A DNA stretch of 63,111 nt, the filler included. It is 7 parts of 7 records of this genome, joined end to end, with 100 filler letters (N's around TTAATTAATTAA, not from the genome) between each part and the next. Parts side by side here need not be neighbours in the genome. Positions count along the whole stretch, not along the records: positions 49,597 to 57,736 come from SRR31147125_70019; positions 57,837 to 63,111 come from SRR31147125_70229; 5 more parts are not named here. One strand, 5' to 3'. Made by a program: the position numbers and the translations under genes. The notes beneath the pieces are model-generated. The model worked only from the letters and a program-made list of their open reading frames with translations, was not told where the DNA came from and did no database searches. Position 1 is the stretch's first letter, and each line of letters starts with the position of its first letter. Below, one piece after another: positions 50,660 to 62,114 of the stretch.

Positions 50660-51997
50660 TTACGAACTTCCCTGTTGTTTCAAAATCACTTCGGTATTGT
50701 TGAGCATCAGCTTGCCGCCGGTGGTCTCTGCCCGGTGGACCAGGTCATCACCATCTTTAACGAAAAGGCCTGTCTGCATCCCCGGATAGGCAGGATTGAG
50801 CAGATTGGGGTTCTCCCCTATCAGCTGAGCCGGCAATCTGAAATTCGATTTCAGGTAGAGAATGTCCAGCAGCATCTCGGGCTGACCCACTATTGGGATC
50901 AGCTGCATAAAGGTCATATCCTTTAACAATCGCAGAGTAAGGTCACCGGAGATATCTCCGTCCGCCAGCGTCATCTGCAGATCGGAAATCTTCAGTTCAA
51001 GCCCCTGTTTCATCAGCTTCTCATAAGCAGCCACCATCTGGACACCGATTGCCGCCATCTGCTGCTTCATCATCTCTTCGCTCTTTTCAGACTGCGACTC
51101 GAGGGCCGCCATTTCGGCCAAAAGCTTGGAAACGGTTTGGGTGTAGATCTCCATGAACGCCTCATAGTTTTCTACACTCAACCCACCGGCGGAGAGCCGG
51201 ACCTTGGCATTGTCTACCTTCATCTCTTTGGCGTTGATACCATCAATTGAAAAGCGCACCTCCCCGGACAACATCGATTTATCCTCGTCGACATTGATCA
51301 GATAGGTCCCCTTCAACCCACGCAGATTCAATTGTTCTTCCTCGTCCTGAACTTTGACGCGCTGTACACCGAAGTTGAAGTCTCCATCCCACAAATAGGT
51401 CGAGTGCATCACCAGGTTCGATGCCAGGGAGATCGGACCAATATCCATCTTCTCCCCGAGCGACATGCCCTGCCACTCTCCCGCGCTGTCGAAAAAACGC
51501 AACTTGTAATCGGTCGCGACGGCAAAGTGCGCCGGTTTAACATCAACTTGTTGCGCCTCAAAAGCGGCTGAGAATGGGTCCGACAAAATCGTTGTTTCGA
51601 TGTTGCCCAAAAAGCTGCACTTCGTCGAGATATGCAGGGGGTCCTGCCCCTCGAGTTTTTGGTCGATGAAGGAGCTGTACCAGGGGTTTTTCTCCAGGCT
51701 GGTGGTGGAGACAATACCGGCAAAACCGTGTCTGGCGTGATCCAGAAAAACGATATCCTCAATGGGATACATCGCCTTGAGCGTGCCAAGATCGATCTTC
51801 CACTCGACGTCGGAGGTCAGGTAACGACGATCGTAATTGATGATCTCCAATGAATAGCCGGTACCCGTTTGGGCATAAAGGGCATTCAAATCCTCAATGG
51901 ACGAACGGACGTACTTTTCGAGCAGCAGGCCACCTGCAAAAGGGATGGACGCAACAACCACAATGATCAACACGACAGCCACAACGATCTTCTTCAT
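50660..51997 (-). CDS. YdgA/DUF945-family protein
   Basis: N-terminal membrane anchor, YDRRYLTS, HARHG, C-terminal KLMLN. Confidence 0.8.
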   Translation of the reverse strand: MKKIVVAVVLIIVVVASIPFAGGLLLEKYVRSSIEDLNALYAQTGTGYSLEIINYDRRYLTSDVEWKIDLGTLKAMYPIEDIVFLDHARHGFAGIVSTTSLEKNPWYSSFIDQKLEGQDPLHISTKCSFLGNIETTILSDPFSAAFEAQQVDVKPAHFAVATDYKLRFFDSAGEWQGMSLGEKMDIGPISLASNLVMHSTYLWDGDFNFGVQRVKVQDEEEQLNLRGLKGTYLINVDEDKSMLSGEVRFSIDGINAKEMKVDNAKVRLSAGGLSVENYEAFMEIYTQTVSKLLAEMAALESQSEKSEEMMKQQMAAIGVQMVAAYEKLMKQGLELKISDLQMTLADGDISGDLTLRLLKDMTFMQLIPIVGQPEMLLDILYLKSNFRLPAQLIGENPNLLNPAYPGMQTGLFVKDGDDLVHRAETTGGKLMLNNTEVILKQQGSS

Positions 51998-52006
51998 TAA
52001 AACTCC

Positions 52007-52450
52007 TTACGATTTGGATCTTTTTCGTAAAAGTACTGTTCCGCAGGCAATCACAAGAATAATTACAAATCCCGACAGAATGCTCACCGACGTGCGGTGG
52101 AGATAGATGGCCTCATCCACCTTCACATGAGAAACGAAGTTTGGATCCACCCTCAACCGAATCTTATCTCCCCTCTTCTTCTTGTCCCAAAACGGCACGG
52201 CAACAGAAAGGGGCACATCTAAAAAAAGCACCTCATCGGTTTTAATCTTCAATATATGCTTTCGGGGAACACTTCTAACACTTATGACCTCCCCTTCAAT
52301 GGAAACAGATCTTTCGATGAATCTTATCTCAAAGGTGTAGAAGAACCCTGCGATGCCAATGACAACCATTAACATTGCAACAACAAACCCGAAACTGATG
52401 TCTTTGCGCTTCACTCCGACCAGCCCTGTCCAAGATTTATCAATAGCCAA
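52007..52450 (-). CDS. Hypothetical two-TM protein (DUF3592-like)
   Basis: TM helix, IEGEVISV, GDKIRLRVDP, TM helix. Confidence 0.55.
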   Translation of the reverse strand: MAIDKSWTGLVGVKRKDISFGFVVAMLMVVIGIAGFFYTFEIRFIERSVSIEGEVISVRSVPRKHILKIKTDEVLFLDVPLSVAVPFWDKKKRGDKIRLRVDPNFVSHVKVDEAIYLHRTSVSILSGFVIILVIACGTVLLRKRSKS

Positions 52451-52658
52451 TATTCCAGACTCAATTTAAAAAGCAGTGCTAAAGTGGCCGTAGTCGACCA
52501 ACCTCTCTTCTAAGAAGTGGCGACCATCGCAATTGATCTCCTTCGGTGTATAGCTTTAACCATATCGCTCTTGCTGAATGATCAACGTTTGGATTGGCTA
52601 AGAAGGCCGTGCATTTTGACCATATGAGGCAAAAAAAGCAATCATCTGTTGCATGCTT

Positions 52659-55146
52659 TTATTTAAAAGCCTTTCGACCGTCCATTATCGTTCTAATGGT
52701 CTCTGAGATCTGCCGTATAAGAATGGGTTTATTGACGAATGCCCGGATACCCATTGCGATTGCAGACGATTCATCAATCGTGGCACTGAAGCCGGTGCTG
52801 AGAATAATGGGAATATCGGGCCGAATGCTTAACAACTCCTTTGCCAGACGGTCGCCGGAAAGCTTCGGCATGGTTAAATCCGTAATGACCAGGTCATATA
52901 GATCCGGCTCTGCCCTGAAACGTGCCAGGGCCTCGCTGCTGCTTGTCACCCCGGTGACCTCATAACCGAGCGATCCGAGCATCGTTACGCCGAGATGAAC
53001 CAGCGGCTCCTCATCATCAACAAAGAGAATGTGCTCGGTACCCCCTGCTAACGCCTTTTCAGGCCTGGCCTCCAGCGCCGACCGGCGTTCGATGGCCGGA
53101 AAAAAACATTGAATGCCGTCCCCTCTCCAAGTCGGCTGTATACATTGATGATGCCGCCATGGCTTTTCACGATTCCGTGGACCACCGACAGCCCCATGCC
53201 GGTGCCCTCCCCCCGCTCTTTGGTGGTGAAGAACGGGTCGAAGATTCGCTCGACCATATCGGGGGGTATGCCGTAGCCCGTATCATTGATCGTCAGCTTC
53301 ACATGTGCACCGGGCTTCAGCCCCGGGTGCCTGTTAATGAATTCATCATCGAGTTCCACCGTCTCCAGTTCGATTGCCAGAACGCCATCTTTACCGGACA
53401 TCGCCTGACCTGCGTTGGTGCACAAATTCATGACCACCTGATGGATCTGGGTGGGATCGGCCATGATCATGGGAGCGCCCTTTACCTTCTGACGTATCTC
53501 GATGGAGGTCGGCAGGGACGCCCGAATGAACTTGGCCACCTCCCGGACGATGGGCGACACGTCCACCGGCATGAGTTCGTGCTTGCTCTGGCGACTGAAG
53601 GTGAGGATGTGACCGACAAGGTCCCTGGCCCGTTTGGCGGCTTCATAATACTTCTCAAGCTGCTGTGCACCAATGTGCCCGGTTCACTGTCGGCCAGAGA
53701 CAGCTCGGTATAGCCGAAGATGGCGGCAAGAATGTTGTTGAAGTCATGGGCGATCCCGCCCGCCAGCGTCCCGATCGACTCCATCTTATAAGCCTGTCTT
53801 AGCCGCTGCTCCAATTCATCTTTCTCTTCATCTCCCCGCATCCGCTGGACGAGCCGCCACATTCCCTGCATCAACAGCCGCAACTGGCGGACATCCGCCT
53901 CGTCATAGTCCTGCGCCTTATTGCCTACACCGGCCACGGCCACGATACGATCCCCCTCGAACACAGGAACGTTCAAATGGCGTATCAGCGCCACGTGGCC
54001 CTCGGGGTATCCTCTCTTCAGTTCGCTTTGAAAGGTCTGGTAGTCATTGGTGACCACCGGCCGGCGCTGCCGAACGGCTTCACCCCACAGCCCCGTCTCC
54101 CCGATCGCGAATTCTAATTGCTTCTCTTCGATGGCGCACAACTTCATCGCCTCTTTGGACCAGGAGTACATAGTCAATACGGACTCATCCTCATTGGCAA
54201 ATGCCAGGTAGCCGATTTCACTCTTGGTCAGTTTGATCGCCTCCTCGAGGGCAAAATCGGTAATGTCGGTCATGCTTGCATCAGTCATCTGAAAAAGAGT
54301 CAGCAGCGCTTCAAGCCGAGCTTCATCCAGCCGAAGTGCATTTTCAACCGCTTTTATATCGGTAATATCCGTAGAAACGCCACCAACGGCAGCCACCGCT
54401 CCATTATCATCGAATAGAGGGAATTTAATGGAGATATACTCGCGGTGGCCGTCACTCAGCTCAGCATGTTCATTGAAAGTGACCGGTTTTTTTTGAGAAA
54501 AGACCAACCGGTCATTCTCCAGGTGCTGCTGCGCAATATGAGCCGGGAACAATTCTTGCGGACGAAAGCCAAGGACCTGGCTTCGATCCAGCCCGAATAT
54601 TTCACAAAAGCTCTTATTGACCAGGGTAAACCGACCTTCCAGATCCTTCACATAGATCACATTGCGGGTGTTGTTAATGATGGAGTCGAGGAGTTTTTGC
54701 GAACGCCGATGCTCATCGACCTCCTTTTCGAGCTGTCGGGTCCGATCGGCCACGCGACGTTCAAGCTCAGCCTTGTGTTTTTCGTTGGCCCGGCGCTGGC
54801 GGCGCTCTTCGAAAATGATCCCCAGCATGAGACATAAATTTTCAATATAGGGGATGTACGGTGAAAAAAGGGCTTTATCGGAAACGCTGAATTCCAGCTC
54901 ACCATAAACGGCACTCGCGAACTTCAAACGGAAGCATCCAAAGGGCGGCGTCTCTATTTGGCGGTCACCATCGTTGACGGTTTCGTCGATGGGACGGTAG
55001 GTGACCCGTTCCGTACCCGGCACGACCTCCAGACCGCGGCAAACAAAAGACATGATCGTTTTTCGATCCGGCAGGTGCAAAACCATCCCCTGGATCAGGG
55101 CGATCTGACCCAAGGTCTCTGCGGAAAGCGATTTTGCTGCATCCAT
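52659..55146 (-). CDS. Hybrid sensor histidine kinase PAS-GAF-HisKA-HATPase-REC, split by indels
   Basis: YVKDLEGRF, GYPEGHV, AGGIAHDFNN, FDPFFTTK..GTGMGL, DLVITDLTMP. Confidence 0.9.
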
Positions 55147-55163
55147 CTATGACGGTCCCTGTC

Positions 55164-55778
55164 CTACTGCAAAAACTCTTCCGGAGGGATGTAGAACGGA
55201 TTGTTGATGACAGCGCCCCTGACAACCATTTGAGGATGCACCTTCAGGATATCCATGATGGTTGCCCCGTCAAAGGCGTGGGCATCGTACTGGCAAACGG
55301 AGGTGACCGGAACATCCCTGAGGAGCAAGCTGATCCTGGATTCATACTCCAGCAACCGCTCCCCGCCAGGGATATCCTGAATTTCCGGGAGCATCTCCCC
55401 GATAATCCGCGCGGCCGTGTATCCCGCCTGCATCGTTTCCCGATAAAAATCGGTAATGCGATCGAGCATCCGATCAGGATCGAAACGGCGGCCCCGGAAA
55501 TAGACATCCCGGGTGCCCGACAATGTCACCGCGCCTTGCTGACTCAGTTCGGGATAGGAGAGACCGTTTTGCGAAAGAAACTCACCGAGCTCGTGGTCAT
55601 CAGTCTTTTCGGAAAAACAAGCCGCGCGCTCTTTCGATTTCAAACCGCTGAGCAAAAATTGAAGCAACGAATCGCTGCGTTCGTCATCATCCGTAAAGAT
55701 CTGGCAGATGTGTGTTCCTGCCGGGACCTCTTCAGCGGTAAAACCCAATGAAACCAATAATGGATTTGATTGTTTCAT
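55164..55778 (-). CDS. Stand-alone MEDS-domain protein
   Basis: GTHICQIF, FDPDRML, RIIGEM, YES, VCQYD, HP, NPFYIPPEEFL. Confidence 0.88.
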   Translation of the reverse strand: MKQSNPLLVSLGFTAEEVPAGTHICQIFTDDDERSDSLLQFLLSGLKSKERAACFSEKTDDHELGEFLSQNGLSYPELSQQGAVTLSGTRDVYFRGRRFDPDRMLDRITDFYRETMQAGYTAARIIGEMLPEIQDIPGGERLLEYESRISLLLRDVPVTSVCQYDAHAFDGATIMDILKVHPQMVVRGAVINNPFYIPPEEFLQ

Positions 55779-56130
55779 GGCGTGATTCTCCTTTTTCCAA
55801 AAGGCGGTGAAACTGTTGGAAAACCGGTCCAAATCAGATGACAAAACGCCGGGCAGGTCAGAATCAGATAGCTATGGAATGATTAAACAGACATGGAGAG
55901 GAATTGTCAAACAGCCATTTCGGCAATTGAATCGATACCACAATCCTTATGGCGCATATCAACTTTACGGACAAATGTTGAAACTTCACTTCGCGCCCGA
56001 CTTTCGCCGGAATGAAGAACCACCTTCGGAACTTCTCACGAACTCATCACAGTTGATTACCTTGCCCTCAATGCTAATGATAATAAGTATTCGGCCACAA
56101 CATTACAGTTGAAGATACAGGAGATCAACC

Positions 56131-56958
56131 ATGCCAATCATAAAAAGAGATAACGCGGACCTCTATTTCGAAGAGACAGGCACGGGTGAAGCGATCATTA
56201 CAAATCATGGGCTCAGTGAAAGCAGCCTCTATTGGCGCCTTACAGGTGTGACGGAGAAGCTCAGCAAAACATTCAGGGTGATATCAATGGACATGCGAGC
56301 TCATGGCAAGACCGTCGTGCATGGTGAGCCCTACGGTTTTGACGATAAAACCATGGGTGCGGATATCACCTTCATAGCAGATCAGTTGGGCATTGAAAAA
56401 TTTCATCTGTTGAGCCATGCCACCGGCGGTTTTGTGGCCGCGCGATATGCGATAACGCATTCAAACCGCCTGCTCTCTCTCATACTCACAGATACAACGT
56501 CGAGCACATCCAACATCGATGCGAAACCGGAATCGATCGCTCGCTACAATGACAAATTTGCCCGGACCTTTGAGGGATCGACATGGGATGATGCCTTTGC
56601 AAGGATGAGAAAGAATCCCGGCCCGTTTTTCCGGGGCATCATGGAATCGGACCATTCCGAAGAGATGCTCACAACAGCCAGGAAAGTGCTGGAGGGCAGT
56701 GATCGAAACACCCTCGCGACCTTCATACGCTCCTTTTACACGGACCCTGACCGCAGAATCGAGGGCTTGCGCAACATCACCTGCCCGACACTCATCATCT
56801 ATGGTGAGAAAGATGATCTCTTTATAGAAACCAGCAAACTGATGGCCCGGGAAATTCCCGACTCTAAGCTCATCGAATATGAAGGCATCGGCCATATGAC
56901 CGCCATCGAGGCACCGGAGAGACTTGCTCGGGATATACACGATTTTATCTCCCGGTGA
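56131..56958 (+). CDS. Alpha/beta hydrolase-fold protein with Ala at the nucleophile position
   Basis: NHG, DMRAHGKT, LSHATGG, PTLIIYGEKD, GHMT..E.PE. Confidence 0.88.
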   Translation: MPIIKRDNADLYFEETGTGEAIITNHGLSESSLYWRLTGVTEKLSKTFRVISMDMRAHGKTVVHGEPYGFDDKTMGADITFIADQLGIEKFHLLSHATGGFVAARYAITHSNRLLSLILTDTTSSTSNIDAKPESIARYNDKFARTFEGSTWDDAFARMRKNPGPFFRGIMESDHSEEMLTTARKVLEGSDRNTLATFIRSFYTDPDRRIEGLRNITCPTLIIYGEKDDLFIETSKLMAREIPDSKLIEYEGIGHMTAIEAPERLARDIHDFISR

Positions 56959-57335
56959 AGGACACTGCAAATTAACGGATCTTAACGGGTCGACTCAACG
57001 GATCAAGTCTGCCCTTTTCGTATTCACATTTATTAACGCGGAAAGTGTAGACTCGATTCCTTCATAAAAAAACAATACCGTAAAACAACTCCCGGCCAGA
57101 TAGGAGGGGGCTTTATCTTGAATTGCAAAAATAGCCCGACGCACGAGAGCCGACCTAATTAGTGCTTGACCATCTTATGGGATCCGATCTATTCCACAAT
57201 AATCGCATAGCATATATTCCCCATTCACGCTCAACAATCTGAGTATTCATAACATCCTCATCAGAGGTCTGTTTCTGAAAGTCCCATCCAACCTAAATAT
57301 GCTACCCCAAAATAGATAGCCGGGGATTAAATATT

Positions 57336-57635
57336 ATGAATGATTCGCTCGTGTTGATATTGCTCCATTTGGCGACCGTGCTTCCAATTTTAACCTTTAA
57401 AGTTACTGCTTTGATCGTCGGTTACTTTATAGCGAAGCTTGGACACAATCTGCTTATCGAAGGCGTCTCAGGGAGATTCAAATTTTCAACAGAGTTCAGA
57501 GGCATGAAGGCAGATTTAGTAAGTGCTTCACCTGGGCTTTTTTTCATTTTATTGGCGGTCATTTTAATATCGATTGGGATTTTAAAAGACACCCCATTTG
57601 ACACACTTCTCGAAAACAATAAAGAATCATGCTGA
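57336..57635 (+). CDS. Small hypothetical membrane protein (SASPG motif); may extend to 57723 if an indel is corrected
   Basis: LGHNLLIEGV...LVSASPGLFFILLAVILI. Confidence 0.65.
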   Translation: MNDSLVLILLHLATVLPILTFKVTALIVGYFIAKLGHNLLIEGVSGRFKFSTEFRGMKADLVSASPGLFFILLAVILISIGILKDTPFDTLLENNKESC

Positions 57636-57736
57636 CAAGACTGATGTTTCAATGCAGCACTCCATAATAAAGGAAAAGCCAAAGTTTAATGAAGGGCTTT
57701 TGGAGGAGAGATCCGATGAATAATCAGCCTTTAAAA

Positions 57737-57836
57737 NNNNNNNNNNNNNNNNNNNNNNNNNNNNNNNNNNNNNNNNNNNNTTAATTAATTAANNNNNNNN
57801 NNNNNNNNNNNNNNNNNNNNNNNNNNNNNNNNNNNN
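57737..57836. other. Artificial contig linker
   Basis: 44 N + TTAATTAATTAA + 44 N. Confidence 0.99.
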
Positions 57837-57860
57837 CACACACACACACACACACACACA
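57837..57860. repeat. (CA)n microsatellite at the contig end
   Basis: About 12 CA units; another run lies in an RPS2 intron near 62761-62777. Confidence 0.9.
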
Positions 57861-59192
57861 CCAACAGCCCTTGCAGTGGAACTTGTAAGCAGACCACCTC
57901 CTCCTGTCAAAGCTGCCCTTGTAAGGAAGAGTGCAAGGGGAAGTTGGATCATGATGAGAAATATGAGAAAGTATGTTCGATGATGGGTCTGACGGTGTCC
58001 AAGACGTCAAAACGATCGCCACTTTCCTGGGGGACGTACATGGGACGAAGAAGCCGCAAAATGTCCAGCCGCTTGGGGAACATCCATACAGAGAATCCTC
58101 CTAAACGTTTTGAGCTGCACCGAACAAGGTCACCCACCCCAACCGCCGGGTACTCAAACCAAGAGTATGCACCAAGAACATAGAGATACAAGAGGCCATG
58201 AAACAAACCGAGATGTAGTAGGCAGGACTCCCAAAAAGAATGCCCACCATCACATCCATCGCTAGGCTGTACCGATGAAAGAGTATTCAGTAAATCTGTA
58301 CGGCGTCCCCGATTCCCGTGCGTACCCAACGTATTTGTACCCTACAAATGCTATAAGATCAAGCAGCACGGGTGCCGGGGCGTTGAGAAGAAAGAAGCCC
58401 GTCTTCACAACAAGAACCTCCAACACAAGGGCAACACAACCGGACGATGCAGTCACTCCAAGCAACTCGGGAGAAAACCTGTGCGGATTCCTTACGTGTT
58501 GTCTTCTCCTTCCCCGAGCACCTACGAACTTATCTGCGGCCCCATAGGCCAATCCAATCAGTAGAATGTACGTGACAAAGGCCATTGTCGGAATATACAA
58601 GTCAGGAGCGTTGATATCGTCGCGTGGTGGAAGATAGTGTTGCTCTTCTCGTCCCTCTGCCTCAAACTCGGGTTTGCTGCGGACCCAACTCTTTCAAACA
58701 GCAGGATGAGACGTTAGCGTCAGCCCAGTGGGGCAACAGGGCCCACCTTGCTTCGTGCATGGAAGGGAAACACAATGATCTTCAACTTGTTAAGAACGTA
58801 GGATGTGTTGACGTTGAAGTAGTACTTCATGCCCATCGACTCCACTACGCGTGTGATCTATTCACACAACAAACAAATATCACTCTCAAAGTTGGACCCT
58901 GGTTTGGTCTTCGTTCCTCACCCGGCTCGTTGCCCCGTGAAGCTGCTGTCCAACGGTTCCTAACGCGAGGGAAGCCATGTGCTCGTTTAACGCGTTGTTC
59001 TGCCAGAAAATAAGTGCGTGACAGGACACACACCCTTGTCCCGGCTCGTACCCCTGATTGTGGCCACTGTGGCGGACCGGGTGGTTCTGTGTCCACGCAT
59101 GCTGTCAGCAACCCCACCACCACCACCCCACCCAGCAATGTGTCAACACAACTAGCACCTCTATTGCCCACTAGAAAGCCTGAGCTGTCCAT
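57861..59192 (-). CDS. YIF1: Eukaryotic YIF1 (Yip1-interacting factor), multi-exon; both ends approximate
   Basis: Spliced motifs MKYYFNVNTSYVLNKL, PRDDINAPDLYIPTMAFVTYILL, FSPELLG, LDLIAFVGYKYVG, RTYFL; short GT-AG introns. Confidence 0.88.
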
Positions 59193-59470
59193 GGCCCCAC
59201 GAGCTCACACGCCTCCACAAGAAAAAGAAAAAGGAAAAAAGAATGGCGTCTTTCTATTCGAACCAGCCATCCCATCCTCTCAACTCGCAACGCTCCATCC
59301 ATCCCTCCTCCTTCGTAGAGGAACGCTTACGGTGTGTTCCACATACGGAGATCGTCCTCAGGGAAACGAGTTCAGAAGGGCGGGAACCTAACTATTTGAA
59401 GTTCCTCCCGTGTCGCACTTTATTCCTTTTGGTTCGTCTGCCCTTCCTCGCCTTCTTTCCTTCACGAGCG

Positions 59471-61975
59471 ATGGAAGGGGATGTGTGTCCACGTTGCAAG
59501 CATCCTGAAGTCAGCTACGACCCGAAATTTGGTCGGATCTGTGAGAACTGCGGGCTCGTGGTGGAGGAGAGCGTGGTGTCCTTGGAAGTGGAGCTTTCTG
59601 GCGTAGGAGACGATCATCGCCCGGTAGGTCTCAGTGTTTCTTGTTGTGAAAAGGACTCAGGTCCTTTCAGGTGGGCGTCCTCGTCAGTCAGAATGAAAGT
59701 GGAGGTGGACTTCACTACTCTCGAACCCAGTTCAGCCAGGTACCACACACACTCGCACACCCTCACACCCGCGCACACACCCACACACCGCCTTGAAGCG
59801 TGCTATTCCATTAATGAGAGAGATCGACTCGGAAGGAAGTGCCCGAGCTGAGGCCTACAGAAAACTTCAGAAGATTGCGTCAAACCTTCGTCTCAGTAAT
59901 GCTCTTGTGAATCAAATGAAGGTACAAGGAGGAGAGAGGAGGAGAAGAGGGAAATGATCTTGCGAGTGTAGCATCTTCTGGGGAGGGCAGTAAGTGGTCG
60001 TTATGGACATGGACGACGTGCCGAATTACTTGCTGCTGCGGTGGCCTATGTAGTATGTCGTCAGAATGGCAAATCATTCACACTTCTCGACGTAGCGGTG
60101 AGATGGAAAGCAGAAACGGGAAAGGATCGAATTCACTCTTGCATTCGTCTCCATAGGATATTGTCCAATGCAATGTATTCGTATTGGGACGTGTTTATAC
60201 GCAACTCCTTTCACAATTGGAGATCCAGCTTCCGACAGTTGATCCCAGGTTTGAAAGGCAGAGAAGCAGAGAGAAGGGTATGGCTCAGTGTGTGTCTGTT
60301 GCCCTCCAGAACCTACATTGATCGTGCGTGTTCTCGACTGTCACTGAGTGAACGTCAAGCTGCCATTGTCCGCAAACATGTGAGAAAGTGATCTGTCACC
60401 CGTCGCGGTGCTTTGATCCATCCATTAATTCAGGCAACGCAACTCGTGACCGTGGCTGAGAGAGATTGGCTTCTTACGGGACGACATCCTGGAGCCGTGG
60501 CGGCCGCTGCAATCATGTTGGCCCTCGAAATCAATAGCGTTCAGGTTCGATCCTATGTTCTTTCCGCCTCCTTGCTGATAGGATGGGAGTAGGTGGACAC
60601 AAAGCTTGTATCTGATGCCTTGCATGTCAGTGATCGTACCGTGAAGATGCGGGTGAAAGAATTGCAGCAGGTTTGCTTTTTCCTTGTCCCTTGTCTCGTT
60701 TCGTCTGAACGACTCTTCAGTCTCTCGTCAAGGAGTGTCAATGCCTTCCATGGGGTAAGGATGTAAGCGTGAAGAACGTCGTGCCCCATCTTCCCTTCCT
60801 TCTCAAGTACTATGAGGTCTTGCGACCCGTTATGCACAAAACAAAGCACCCAGAAGGAGATGAGGAAACAGATCCTCCCGATGCACCTGGTGCTGGATCT
60901 CTTGCATCGGGGTTCTCCATTACCTCTTCAGTCAGTGAGTTATCGGAAGCACTTGTACGCAAGGTCCAACAAGGAGAATTCCCTCCCTCCTATCGGAGTG
61001 GCATGTTGCAACGGGAACGTCGAAGAGTGAAATTGGAGCGAGCCAAACGGCGACTTGCTGAAACACTCCGATCTCTTGGACACTCTTCAACAACCACTTT
61101 CCCCCTCCTGATGTGGATACGACAGATCCCACCGAAGGCTTTGAATCACTTCGTTGGCTTAAGAATGTCAAGCCCAAGAAGAAACGTAAACACTGGGGAG
61201 AGATGGAAGAGGAGAAAGATCGGGAAGAGGTCACTCCAACCCCCACGGCCCAAGTGGAAGCAGAAGCAGAAACCATTGCTGTGCCACAAGAGGATTCAAC
61301 GTCAAGGCTTGCCAGTTGGATGGACGGTCTTTCTGAAGGGTCTCAAAGACAAGAATCTTCGTTGACCGAAGCGGCAGCTGAAGGCAACGTCCCTTCTGTA
61401 CAGGCGGAGGATGATGAATTTGCAGAGTTCTTCATAGGTCGTTCAAAACGAAGACTTCGTCTCCCCAAACCCAGTCGTCCGGGGAAGACGGTCCTGGGGC
61501 TTTCGACGGAGGGAGATACACTCGACGAAGAAGATCTTGTACTTGAGAAGTACGTTTTCTGTGTTTGTAGAAGGAACCTGCCTCCTGAATGGTTCTGGGT
61601 AGGCTGTTGCTGCAAGGTGTAGATGAAGAGAAGATTCTTGAAGGGTATTATATGGTATACGAACAAGAAGGTGAGAGAAGAATTCTCTTGGATCCATCAA
61701 CGGACCTCCTCCCTTACTATTCGTCACACAAGATGCGGGACAAGAGGGAGGTGGGGTGGATTCAACGGAACTGGGGGATCAGGATATTCCCGAGGAGCAG
61801 TTGGGTCTTTTTTGAAAACGCCTGCAGAGGTATGCGTGATGGCGTTTCCTCATCGTTCTCATATCCCACACACTACGTGGGTGGGTAGGTTGAAGCAACG
61901 AGACGTATCCACGATGCCGTGGGGAGTCATGAAGGGAAAGAGGGAAAGGAGGCAACATCGACCCCACATCTCTGA
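59471..61975 (+). CDS. TFIIB-related factor, BRF2/PTF2-like, multi-exon
   Basis: Zn ribbon CPRC..CENCG, AAAVAYVVCR, DWLLTGRHP, LPWGKDVSVKN, PPSY, LLLQGVDEEKILEGYY, DIPEEQL..FLKTPAEVE. Confidence 0.8.
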
Positions 61976-62114
61976 CTGTGTGTACGGGAAACGCAATGGT
62001 GATTTGACTGTGCAGAGAGTTTGTTGTATTATACCCTCTAGCACCGAAGATCCCCTTTTTTTGTTTTTCCCTTCAAGTTGCTCTCAGTAGCACCCAGGGA
62101 CAACCGACCTCGAC

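Noticed and set aside
19299-55146. Many split genes (phosphatase, activase, GT4, hydratase, synthetase, MATE, DUF697, hybrid kinase) suggesting programmed frameshifting or mass pseudogenisation
   Set aside because: Breaks occur in all contigs, including the eukaryote, and those I inspected fall at homopolymer runs; sequencing indels are the simplest explanation
23700-57836. Six identical TTAATTAATTAA motifs flanked by N runs
   Set aside because: Artificial concatenation linkers; adjacency of genes across them has no biological meaning
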